A DNA stretch of 16,874 nucleotides from a virus (lineage: Duplodnaviria > Heunggongvirae > Uroviricota > Caudoviricetes), in the IMG/VR virus record IMGVR_UViG_2740892443_000003, positions 1 through 16,874 of that record. One strand, written 5' to 3'. The notes under the pieces are model-generated. The model was not told the origin of the DNA. It saw only the letters and a list, made by a program, of their open reading frames with translations, and ran no database searches. How positions within the stretch are numbered: the first letter of the stretch is position 1; every line of letters begins with the position of its first letter. This document shows positions 8,027 to 15,460 of this stretch, in pieces. The translations under genes and the position numbers were made by a program.

Positions 8027-8059
8027 GATACATTATGTATCTCAAGGGTACATTGTCAA
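8027..8059 (-). promoter_or_regulatory. PL-like leftward promoter with overlapping operator palindrome
   Basis: Minus-strand -35 TTGACA (plus 8054-8059), 16-bp spacer, -10 CATAAT (plus 8032-8037). The perfect palindrome GATACA-tta-TGTATC (8027-8041) overlaps the -10, and GGTACATT lies at the -35. Confidence 0.5.
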
Positions 8060-8061
8060 GT

Positions 8062-8086
8062 ATAAAAAAACCTGCCGAAGCAGGTT
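8062..8086 (-). terminator. Rho-independent terminator of the cI-like gene
   Basis: AACCTGC-cgaa-GCAGGTT hairpin followed on the minus strand by seven T residues, 12 bp after the cI stop. Confidence 0.75.
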
Positions 8087-8097
8087 ATAAATATTGA

Positions 8098-8772
8098 TTA
8101 GGCCTTTATTTTGTATCTTCTTGGTTTTCCTGAGAAAATTACTGTACCAATTATAGAGCAATTACCGTTGATCTTAATGTAAGGTTCAGGCCAGTTTGGG
8201 TTTAATGCTTTGAGGTAACGCTGTGTTCCATCTTCTATCAACCGCTTAAAGGTGGTTTCGCCTGTATCGTGCATCAATGCAATAACGTCGTCACCGTGGC
8301 AGGCAGGGACTTCAGGATCTACAAAAATCATGTCTCCCGGGCGGTACTCATCAATCATTGAATCACCAATCACCCGCAAGATATAAGTCATTTCGCCACA
8401 GGGTACAGGGCAGGGATAAGTTTCTGCTGTGCTCAAATCAACCTCAGAATAGCCAACTTCTTTCCATGCTCCGGCCTGTACCCATGATATGACAGGGACT
8501 AACGTTATTTGTTTGTTAGTGATTGAAACGTCAGGTTTTTTTGTGATGTTCGTTGTCTGGTGTTCTTGATCAAGCCATCCGACAGGCAGGTCGAAACATT
8601 TTTCGATGTGCCGTGCCATGCTGTCACCGATATTTTTAGTTGCACCATCTCCCATAAACCTGCTGGTCTGGGTTGGCTCGCGATCAATCATGGTGGCAAA
8701 GGAAGAATTCCCGCCAACACCATCTCTCAGTTTTCTGGCGTTAGACCGCCGGATGTCATGGACTGTTTTCAT
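8098..8772 (-). CDS. Lambda-cI/LexA-type autocleavable repressor (S24 peptidase C-terminal domain), 224 aa
   Basis: VQAG cleavage-site motif, GDSM serine nucleophile, TFKRL lysine. C-terminus aligns by eye to lambda cI ([22 protein letters not shown] versus TFKRLIEDGTQRYLKALNPNWP). N-terminal HTH region. Confidence 0.9.
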   Translation of the reverse strand: MKTVHDIRRSNARKLRDGVGGNSSFATMIDREPTQTSRFMGDGATKNIGDSMARHIEKCFDLPVGWLDQEHQTTNITKKPDVSITNKQITLVPVISWVQAGAWKEVGYSEVDLSTAETYPCPVPCGEMTYILRVIGDSMIDEYRPGDMIFVDPEVPACHGDDVIALMHDTGETTFKRLIEDGTQRYLKALNPNWPEPYIKINGNCSIIGTVIFSGKPRRYKIKA

Positions 8773-8788
8773 AAAGAAATTAAAACCT

Positions 8789-8807
8789 TTGTACCGATAA
8801 GGTACAA
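8789..8807. promoter_or_regulatory. Operator palindrome TTGTACC-gataa-GGTACAA in the cI/cro intergenic region
   Basis: Perfect 7-5-7 inverted repeat lying over the predicted -35 regions of the divergent promoters. Confidence 0.6.
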
Positions 8808-8812
8808 GTATC

Positions 8813-8840
8813 TTGAAGGTTCATCTCAATCATGTAATAT
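8813..8840 (+). promoter_or_regulatory. PR-like promoter for the cro/baseplate operon
   Basis: -35 TTGAAG (8813-8818), 16-bp spacer, -10 TAATAT (8835-8840). Confidence 0.45.
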
Positions 8841-8859
8841 GTATACCGGAGGTACATAT
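8837..8859. promoter_or_regulatory. Second operator-like palindrome ATATGTA-N9-TACATAT overlapping the PR -10 and transcription start
   Basis: Exact inverted half-sites at 8837-8843 and 8853-8859. Shares the TGTA / GGTACA core with the 8789 and 8027 sites. Confidence 0.45.
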
Positions 8860-8862
8860 TGT

Positions 8863-9231
8863 ATGAAAGCGTATTGGGACTCTTTAACCAAAGAACAGCA
8901 GGGTGAGTTGGCCGGAAAAGTTGGCTCAACACCAGGCTACTTACGGCTGGTTTTCAATGGTTATAAAAAAGCCAGTTTTGTGCTGGCTAAAAAACTTGAG
9001 CAATGCACGTCAGGTGCAATTACGAAATCTGACTTAAGACCGGATATCAACACGCGCCTTGAACAGTCTGCACGGATCATTCAGCGCACGCCGGATGAGG
9101 TTTTACCCGCGCTGGTGCTGGCGGCGACCTGGTTTGATAACGCGGCGCGTGACGCGGACATTATCCGGCGTAATGCCATTACGCATCCCGGCTTTGTGCC
9201 GGTGATCCCTCTGAAGGTGCCAGTGCAATGA
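8863..9231 (+). CDS. Cro/YdaS-like HTH regulator with a C-terminal extension, 122 aa
   Basis: GGAGG Shine-Dalgarno then ATG at 8863. GSTPGYLRLVFNG...SGAITKSDLRPDI fits the YdaS/Cro HTH pattern. The last ~45 codons are GC-rich like the structural genes. The stop overlaps the next start (ATGA at 9228-9231). Confidence 0.6.
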   Translation: MKAYWDSLTKEQQGELAGKVGSTPGYLRLVFNGYKKASFVLAKKLEQCTSGAITKSDLRPDINTRLEQSARIIQRTPDEVLPALVLAATWFDNAARDADIIRRNAITHPGFVPVIPLKVPVQ

Positions 9232-10307
9232 ACGACAATGTCACGCTACGGGTAAATGGCCGGGAGTGGAATGGCTGGACATCGGTGCGCATCGGTGCCG
9301 GTATTGAACGGCTGGCGCGGGATTTCAGTGTGGAGATCACTCGCCAATGGCCGGGAGATGAGGGTATCACCACGCTTCAGCCGCGCATTAAAAACGGTTC
9401 AAAAGTGGAAGTGCTAATTGGTGATGAGCTGGTGATCACCGGCTGGGTGGAGGCGACTCCCGTTCGTTACGATGCCCGTTCGGTCAGCACCGGTATTGCC
9501 GGACGTAGTCTGACGGCTGACCTGATTGACTGTGCAGCCGAACCGACACAGTTTAACGGACGCTCGCTGGTGCAGATTGCGCAGGCGCTTGCTGCACCTT
9601 TCGGCATTGAGGTGGTGAACAGCGGTGCGCCGTCGGGTGTTATTCCTGATGTTCAGCCTGATCACGGTGAAACGGTGATTGAGGTAATCAACAAAATACT
9701 CGGTCAGCAGCAGGCGCTGGCTTACGACGACCCGCACGGCAGGCTGGTGATTGGCGGTATTGGCTCAACGCGGGCACATACCGCGCTGGTACTTGGGGAA
9801 AACATCCTTTCCTGCGATACGGAGAAGAGTATCCGGGAGCGGTTTTCTGTTTACCAGGTGGCGGGGCAGCGTGCCGGAAACGACGATGATTTCGGTGAGG
9901 CCACCACAACTGCGCTGCGGGCCCGCACAGAGGACGCATTTATTGCCCGTTACCGTCCGATGTATATCAGGCAGACAGGGCAGGCCACGGGGGCAGGCTG
10001 TATTGCGCGTGCTGACTTTGAAGCCCGACAACGGGCGGCGCGGACGGATGAAACCACTTATGTGGTGCAGGGCTGGCGACAGGGTAACGGTACGCTGTGG
10101 CAGCCCAACCAGCGGGTGATTGTCTTCGATCCGGTCTGTGGTTTCGACAATACCGAACTGCTTGTTTCGGAAGTCACGTTTACTCAGGACCAGAACGGCA
10201 CCCTGACGGAAATCCGTGTCGGCCCGCCTGATGCTTATCTGCCTGAACCCGAAGATCCCGGCGCGCGGAAAAAGAAAAAAGCCAGAGTACAGGAGGACCC
10301 GTTCTGA
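9228..10307 (+). CDS. Baseplate hub protein (Mu gp44 / P2 gpD-like), 359 aa
   Basis: Size and position immediately upstream of a gpV-like gene in conserved Mu/P2 baseplate order; family membership not confirmed by motif. High GC. Translationally coupled on both sides. Confidence 0.6.
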   Translation: MNDNVTLRVNGREWNGWTSVRIGAGIERLARDFSVEITRQWPGDEGITTLQPRIKNGSKVEVLIGDELVITGWVEATPVRYDARSVSTGIAGRSLTADLIDCAAEPTQFNGRSLVQIAQALAAPFGIEVVNSGAPSGVIPDVQPDHGETVIEVINKILGQQQALAYDDPHGRLVIGGIGSTRAHTALVLGENILSCDTEKSIRERFSVYQVAGQRAGNDDDFGEATTTALRARTEDAFIARYRPMYIRQTGQATGAGCIARADFEARQRAARTDETTYVVQGWRQGNGTLWQPNQRVIVFDPVCGFDNTELLVSEVTFTQDQNGTLTEIRVGPPDAYLPEPEDPGARKKKKARVQEDPF

Positions 10308-10855
10308 TGAGGGCGATTGAAGCCATGCAGCGACAACTCCTCGGCCTGATTGGGCGGGCCGTGGTGAAAAGCATCAGTGCCGCCACGAAATGTCAGACCG
10401 TGGATGTGTCCCTGATTGCCGGTGAACCCAAAGCCGGGGTTGAACATCTTGAACCCTACGGTTTTACCGCAAGGGCAAACAGCGGTGCGGAAGCGGTGGT
10501 GTTGTTTCCGGATGGCGACCGTTCTCATGCGGTGGTTGTTACGGTGTCGGACCGGCGCTACCGCCTGAAAGGGCTGCAGACGGGTGAGGTGGCTGTCTAT
10601 GACGATCAGGGGCAGTCCGTGACGCTGACCCGGGAGGGGATCGTGGTGGACGGTGCAGGTAAAACGATCACGTTTCGCAATTCACCTAAAGCACGTTTTG
10701 AAATGGACCTGGAAGTGACAGGACAGGTGAAAGACCTGTGCGACTCCAGCGGCACTACCATGTCAGCGATGCGGCTTGCCTATAACGGGCATCGTCACAG
10801 AGAGAACGGTCAGGGCAGTAACACCGACAAACCGGATAAAGCGATGGAGGCATGA
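10307..10855 (+). CDS. Baseplate spike / assembly protein V-like (Mu gp45), 182 aa
   Basis: gpV-like features including a C-terminal YNGHRH motif comparable to LHTHKH in P2 gpV. AGGAGG Shine-Dalgarno. TGATG overlap with the upstream stop. Confidence 0.7.
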   Translation: MRAIEAMQRQLLGLIGRAVVKSISAATKCQTVDVSLIAGEPKAGVEHLEPYGFTARANSGAEAVVLFPDGDRSHAVVVTVSDRRYRLKGLQTGEVAVYDDQGQSVTLTREGIVVDGAGKTITFRNSPKARFEMDLEVTGQVKDLCDSSGTTMSAMRLAYNGHRHRENGQGSNTDKPDKAMEA

Positions 10856-11280
10856 TGGAACTGTGGCTGACGGTGAACGGTAAACGCACCTGCGCCAGCG
10901 CACCGCTGGATCCGCTGACCCGCGCCGTGGTGATTTCCCTGTTTACCTGGCGGCGGGCGGAGCCTGATGACAACGCCGACGTCCCGATGGGATGGTGGGG
11001 GGATACCTGGCCTGCGGTACAGAATGACCGTTACGGCTCCCGACTGTGGCTGCTTCAGCGCAGCAAACTGACCAATCAGCTGGTGCAGACAGTAAGGGGG
11101 TATATCCGCGAATGCCTGCAATGGATGATTGATGACGGTGTGGTGTCCCGTATTGATCTGGATATCCGCCGCACCGGGATTAATGAGCTGGGTAACAGTA
11201 TCACCCTCTGGCGTCGTGACGGACCGGTAATGATTTCTTTTGATGATCTGTGGAGTGCGATAACGCATGGCGGACAGTGA
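10852..11280 (+). CDS. GP46/gpW-type baseplate wedge protein (T4 gp25-like), 142 aa
   Basis: Size and position in conserved order. GGAGG Shine-Dalgarno. Overlaps neighbours on both sides. Confidence 0.65.
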   Translation: MMELWLTVNGKRTCASAPLDPLTRAVVISLFTWRRAEPDDNADVPMGWWGDTWPAVQNDRYGSRLWLLQRSKLTNQLVQTVRGYIRECLQWMIDDGVVSRIDLDIRRTGINELGNSITLWRRDGPVMISFDDLWSAITHGGQ

Positions 11281-12325
11281 ATTTCAGCGCCCGACGCTGG
11301 CAGAAAATATCAGTATGCTCCGTAACGATTTATTCGCCAGGCTGGACGTCAGCGACACGCTCCGGCGCATGGATGAAGACGTGCGGGCAAAGGTGTATGC
11401 GGCGGCGCTGCATACGGTTTACGGTTACATCGATTATCTGGCAATGAACATGCTGCCTGATCTGTGCGATGAGTCCTGGCTGGCGCGACATGCTGCGATG
11501 AAACGGTGTCCGCGCAAGGGGGCCACGGCTGCCAGCGGGTATATGCGCTGGGAAGGTGTCAGCGATGGCCTGAAGGTGACCGCCGGGAGTGTTATTCAGC
11601 GCGATGACCTGGTTCAGTACACGGCAACTGCCGATGCAACCAGCACTGGTGGTGTCCTGCGTGTGCCGATCACTTGCTCAACTACAGGCGCGGTCGGTAA
11701 CGCTGACGACGGTACGGCATTAATCCTGGTCACACCGGTGAATGGTCTGCCGTCTTCCGGTGTGGCTGACACCCTGACAGGCGGATTTGATACTGAAGAG
11801 CTGGAAACGTGGCGCGCCCGCGTCATTGAGCGGTATTACTGGACGCCTCAGGGCGGGGCTGACGGGGACTATGTCGTCTGGGCTAAAGAAGTGCCCGGCA
11901 TTACCCGCGCATGGACATACCGACACTGGATGGGAACGGGGACTGTCGGTGTGATGATTGCCAGCAGTGACCTGATTAATCCCATTCCGGAAGAGTCAAC
12001 GGAAACGGCGGCAAGACAACATATCGAGCCACTGGCCCCGGTGGCAGGCTCTGATTTGTATGTATTCAGGCCGGTGGCGCATAAAGTGGATTTTCATATC
12101 CGCGTGACGCCGGACACACCGGAAATACGGGCTGCCATCACCGCCGAGTTGCGTTCGTTCCTGCTGCGTGATGGTTATCCGCAGGGAGAACTGAAGGTGT
12201 CACGTATCAGTGAAGCGATTTCCGGTGCGAACGGGGAATACAGCCATCAGTTGCTTGCCCCGGCGGACAATATCTCCATTGCAAAAAATGAGCTGGCGGT
12301 TCTGGGGACGATTTCATGGACGTGA
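11267..12325 (+). CDS. Baseplate J-like protein (Mu gp47 / P2 gpJ), 352 aa
   Basis: Typical size and position. Overlaps neighbours by 14 and 10 nt. Confidence 0.75.
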   Translation: MADSEFQRPTLAENISMLRNDLFARLDVSDTLRRMDEDVRAKVYAAALHTVYGYIDYLAMNMLPDLCDESWLARHAAMKRCPRKGATAASGYMRWEGVSDGLKVTAGSVIQRDDLVQYTATADATSTGGVLRVPITCSTTGAVGNADDGTALILVTPVNGLPSSGVADTLTGGFDTEELETWRARVIERYYWTPQGGADGDYVVWAKEVPGITRAWTYRHWMGTGTVGVMIASSDLINPIPEESTETAARQHIEPLAPVAGSDLYVFRPVAHKVDFHIRVTPDTPEIRAAITAELRSFLLRDGYPQGELKVSRISEAISGANGEYSHQLLAPADNISIAKNELAVLGTISWT

Positions 12326-12900
12326 CAAACGATGATTATATCCGTCTGTTGTCGGCACTGTTGCCGCCCGGTCCGGCGTGGTCAGTCAGCGATCCGGCGA
12401 TTGCCGGTGCGGCACCGTCATTAACCCGCGTTCATCAGCGTGCGGATGCCCTGATGCGGGAGCTGGATCCGCGCACCACCACTGAACTGATAAACCGCTG
12501 GGAGCGTCTGTGCGGTCTGCCGGATGAATGTATTCCCGCAGGGACACAGACCCTTCGCCAGCGTCAGCAACGGCTGGATGCGAAGGTTAATCTGGCGGGC
12601 GGCATCAATGAGGATTTTTATCTTGCACAGCTTGCTGCCCTGGGCAGACCAGACGCCACTATCACGCGATACGATAAAAGCACGTTCACCTGCTCATCGG
12701 CCTGTACTGACGCGGTGAATGCGCCGGAATGGCGGTATTACTGGCAGGTCAACATGCCAGCCGCCACCAACACCACCTGGATGACATGTGGCGATCCCTG
12801 TGATTCCGCACTGCGTATCTGGGGCGACACCGTTGTCGAGTGTGTGCTTAACAAACTCTGCCCGTCGCATACCTACGTAATTTTTAAATATCCGGAGTAA
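12316..12900 (+). CDS. Mu gp48 / P2 gpI-like tail protein (YmfQ-like, DUF2313-type), 194 aa
   Basis: Same length as e14 YmfQ (from memory). Sits between the J-like gene and the tail fibre. Confidence 0.7.
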   Translation: MDVTNDDYIRLLSALLPPGPAWSVSDPAIAGAAPSLTRVHQRADALMRELDPRTTTELINRWERLCGLPDECIPAGTQTLRQRQQRLDAKVNLAGGINEDFYLAQLAALGRPDATITRYDKSTFTCSSACTDAVNAPEWRYYWQVNMPAATNTTWMTCGDPCDSALRIWGDTVVECVLNKLCPSHTYVIFKYPE

Positions 12901-12903
12901 TCC

Positions 12904-13551
12904 ATGCATCGTATAGACACGAAAACCGCGCAGAAGGATAAGTTCGGCGCGGGTAAGAACGGTTTTACCCGTGGTAATCCCCAGACTGGTACGCCTGCCA
13001 CCGATCTGGATGATGACTACTTTGACATGTTGCAGGAGGAGCTTTGCAGCGTTGTGGAGGCATCCGGTGCCAGCCTGGAGAAGGGGCGGTATGACCAGTT
13101 GCTTACCGCACTTCGCGCACTGCTGTTAAGCCGCAATAATCCGTTTGGTGATATCAAATCGGACGGCACGGTACCAACGGCTCTCAAAAACCTTGGTTTA
13201 GGAGAAGCGGCGAAAAGGGATGTGGGCACAGGAGATAATCAGATACCGGATATGGGAGCATTCGCTTCTGGTTCGGGATGGTTCAGGCTACCAGGTGGAT
13301 ATATTGTTCAGTTTGGCACTTTTTCAGGAAACACGACCCGCTTTATCAGTGGACACTTCCCTATACCATTCCCTAATCAGCCGATGGTTTCAGTCAGTGT
13401 TATGTCTGATGCCGTTCAGTCAGACCCGTCGAATCCTGCCCCGCAGGTTTTGTCTGTAAATTTTGAACATATCAGTAATTCAGCGTGGCGTGTGGCAACC
13501 AGTGATATCTCACAGCAATACAGATTCAGTTATATTTCGATAGGACGGTAG
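12904..13551 (+). CDS. Short tail fibre protein, 215 aa (conserved N-terminal domain plus variable C-terminal part)
   Basis: [47 protein letters not shown] is the conserved phage tail-fibre N-terminus. GGAG Shine-Dalgarno. Confidence 0.75.
   Translation: MHRIDTKTAQKDKFGAGKNGFTRGNPQTGTPATDLDDDYFDMLQEELCSVVEASGASLEKGRYDQLLTALRALLLSRNNPFGDIKSDGTVPTALKNLGLGEAAKRDVGTGDNQIPDMGAFASGSGWFRLPGGYIVQFGTFSGNTTRFISGHFPIPFPNQPMVSVSVMSDAVQSDPSNPAPQVLSVNFEHISNSAWRVATSDISQQYRFSYISIGR
13181..13206. other. Gin/Pin/Hin-type (Din family) 26-bp crossover-site-like sequence inside the tail-fibre gene
   Basis: CTCTCAAAAACC-TT-GGTTTAGGAGAA is an imperfect palindrome with the AAACC-NN-GGTTT core. It matches hixL (TTCTTGAAAACCAAGGTTTTTGATAA, from memory) at 9 of 12 positions in each half. 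Confidence 0.5.
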
Positions 13552-13553
13552 AA

Positions 13554-13994
13554 ATGCAGAAATATATTTTCAGTGCCGATAAAAATGCGTTTTTCCCTGT
13601 GGAGCTTAAAATCGCTTATCAGGAATCCGGCGAATGGCCCGATGATGGAATCGAAATTGACGACACTGTTGCCGCCGAATTTATGAAGGAAGCACCAGAA
13701 GGAAAATACAGAGGTGTCATCGACGGAATGCCAGCATGGATTGATATTCCACCGCCAACTCATGAGGAACAAATTGCCGCAGCCGAACTGGAAAAGCAGC
13801 AATTGATTAATCAGGTCAACGAATACATAAACAGTAAGCAATGGCCTGGTAAAGCGGCGATTGGTCGCCTGAAAGGTGAGAAACTGGCGCAATATAATTT
13901 GTGGCTGGATTATCTGGACGCACTGGAGCTGGTCGATACTTCCGGTGCGCCAGATATTGAATGGCCTACGCCTCCGGCAGTTCAGGCCAGATGA
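13554..13994 (+). CDS. Tail fibre assembly chaperone (Tfa, Mu U / lambda Tfa-like), 146 aa
   Basis: MQKYIFSADKNAFFP... with a C-terminal ...PDIEWPTPP motif typical of Tfa proteins. Confidence 0.8.
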   Translation: MQKYIFSADKNAFFPVELKIAYQESGEWPDDGIEIDDTVAAEFMKEAPEGKYRGVIDGMPAWIDIPPPTHEEQIAAAELEKQQLINQVNEYINSKQWPGKAAIGRLKGEKLAQYNLWLDYLDALELVDTSGAPDIEWPTPPAVQAR

Positions 13995-15372
13995 CATCCG
14001 GCGCGGTGCTGGTATCTGTTGCCGCCACCGCGTCAATGTAATCCAGCACAGCGTTAAGCCGGGTTGTTTCTGCCTGCGTCAGTTTACGTCCGGCCTGCAA
14101 TTTCAGTTGAATCAGACTGATGGAAGCCATAGCAGCATCAATCAGCGACTGGCGCTGTGCTTCTGCCGCGTCTACTGCGGCGCTATGTTGTGCCTCGGTA
14201 TCCGTCACCCATTTCTCACCATCCCATTTATCGTATGGCGTTAACGGGGCGATAGTGGTTGTATTATCAGGGTAATCACCCGGAGCTGTGATTTCTTTTG
14301 ATTCCCCTGTTTCGGTGCTAAAAACGATTTCACCGCGATGGTCTGGCATATATTCCCATGATTTTAAATCTGCTGAACGGCAGATAACCTGGGCTACTTC
14401 CTCAATACTAAAACCAGCCTCAAATAAGCGACTTGCCCCTTCTCTACGCAAATCATGGTATCGCAGATCCTTAATACCTAATTTGCTTCTTACCCTCTGA
14501 AATCCCGCAGTAACAGAAGTGCTGTTATATGGAAAAATGAATTCCGATTTTTGGGGCTGTCGTTGGACGATATCCCAGGCTTCCCCAAGCAAGGCTACTT
14601 TCATGTGGTTGCCTTCCTTTTTGCGTGGATCTTTCCTGTCTCTTACGAGTATAGATTTTTGTTCCTGGTCGAGATCTTCCCATCGTAACCGGCATACTTC
14701 TCCGATTCGCATACAGGACCACACAGAAAATTTGAGGATATCAACGAACGGAATTTTTGAGCATTTATGAGTAGATCGTTGTTGAAGGCCTTCAATGAGC
14801 ATGTCCAGTTCATCAGATGCTGGTCTACGATTACGACGGTTTGATTTACCAATTAAACCAAGTTTAAGTAGATATGGACGAGCGGCTTTTGCTGGGTTTG
14901 ATGTGTAATTAATTCCATATACAGGTTTGGCAGCATCCAGAACACTGCCAAGATAACTAACATCGTGGCTAACTGTAGCTGGACCTGCACCAGCGTTGTT
15001 TCTTAGCCTGCAATGTTCAATTACGTCATTTTCTGTCAGTTCAGATAGTTTGATCGCGGAGATGTCACTATCCATAAGCAGTTCCAGCACATATCTTTTA
15101 GTACGGCCTGCTTTACCTCCGGCATTTGGGTCATTTAAATATTTGTGTAGTAAGTCACGGACTGTAAGTCCGTCAACTGCATTTGATGATGGAATGCCAT
15201 ATAGATCTAATTCCATCACTTTCTGTGTGCCCCATGTTTTGGCATGAGCATGTTTAGGGAATGTTTTGCTTTCCCTGTAAGTGATAACACCTTTTTCTTT
15301 GATAATCACATTACAGCGATAGCGTGGTGTGCCATCGGATTTTAGTCGTTTCTCTATGTTATAGTACGCCAT
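13966..15372 (-). CDS. int: dusA-associated tyrosine integrase with an in-frame C-terminal Tfa-like extension, 468-aa ORF
   Basis: Catalytic motifs by eye: R in IGEVCRLRWEDLD, H-x-x-R in YHDLRREG, Tyr in SWEY. After ...YMPDHRGE the frame continues about 110 codons into Tfa-like sequence (...KWDGEKWVTDTEAQ...APDVIWPELPEA). Its 3' end overlaps tfa convergently by 29 bp. Confidence 0.8.
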   Translation of the reverse strand: MAYYNIEKRLKSDGTPRYRCNVIIKEKGVITYRESKTFPKHAHAKTWGTQKVMELDLYGIPSSNAVDGLTVRDLLHKYLNDPNAGGKAGRTKRYVLELLMDSDISAIKLSELTENDVIEHCRLRNNAGAGPATVSHDVSYLGSVLDAAKPVYGINYTSNPAKAARPYLLKLGLIGKSNRRNRRPASDELDMLIEGLQQRSTHKCSKIPFVDILKFSVWSCMRIGEVCRLRWEDLDQEQKSILVRDRKDPRKKEGNHMKVALLGEAWDIVQRQPQKSEFIFPYNSTSVTAGFQRVRSKLGIKDLRYHDLRREGASRLFEAGFSIEEVAQVICRSADLKSWEYMPDHRGEIVFSTETGESKEITAPGDYPDNTTTIAPLTPYDKWDGEKWVTDTEAQHSAAVDAAEAQRQSLIDAAMASISLIQLKLQAGRKLTQAETTRLNAVLDYIDAVAATDTSTAPDVIWPELPEA

Positions 15373-15392
15373 TACACGACCTCGTTATTTCG

Positions 15393-15427
15393 GGTTCCCA
15401 TAAAACGTGGGAACCTGTGCGGGAACC
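15393..15427. promoter_or_regulatory. Palindrome GGTTCCCA-N7-TGGGAACC plus a third GGGAACC copy between int and dusA; candidate operator or arm-type site
   Basis: Exact 8-bp inverted arms at 15393-15400 and 15408-15415, with GGGAACC again at 15421-15427. Lies 20-55 bp upstream of the int start and 35-70 bp upstream of dusA. Confidence 0.4.
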
Positions 15428-15460
15428 TAACGCGAGAAAAATAGCCTGAAATGTTCAAAA

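Noticed and set aside
8560-8862. Upstream extension of the Cro-like ORF (223-aa version)
   Set aside because: Overlaps the cI-like gene on the opposite strand and the promoter/operator region. The ATG at 8863 has a GGAGG Shine-Dalgarno.
9414-12909. Multiple 60-150-aa ORFs antisense to or out of frame with the baseplate genes (for example 9414-9737, 9688-9939, 10235-10528, 10810-11268, 11614-11826, 12694-12909)
   Set aside because: Typical spurious open frames in high-GC coding DNA. All are fully embedded in well-supported, translationally coupled structural genes.
9228-13994. Interpretation as a complete R-type tailocin under PrtN/repressor control
   Set aside because: No sheath, tube, tape-measure or lysis genes anywhere in the island, so it cannot form a contractile particle on its own.
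13530-14244. ORFs 13530-14036 (-) and 13876-14244 (+) overlapping tfa and the int C-terminus
   Set aside because: Antisense or out-of-frame overlaps with genes that have clear family signatures; no independent start signals.
14854-14866. Possible second invertase site TAAACCAAGTTTA, in inverted orientation to the 13181 site
   Set aside because: Lacks one G of the GGTTT core, has poor flanking symmetry, and lies inside the integrase coding sequence. Probably coincidental.
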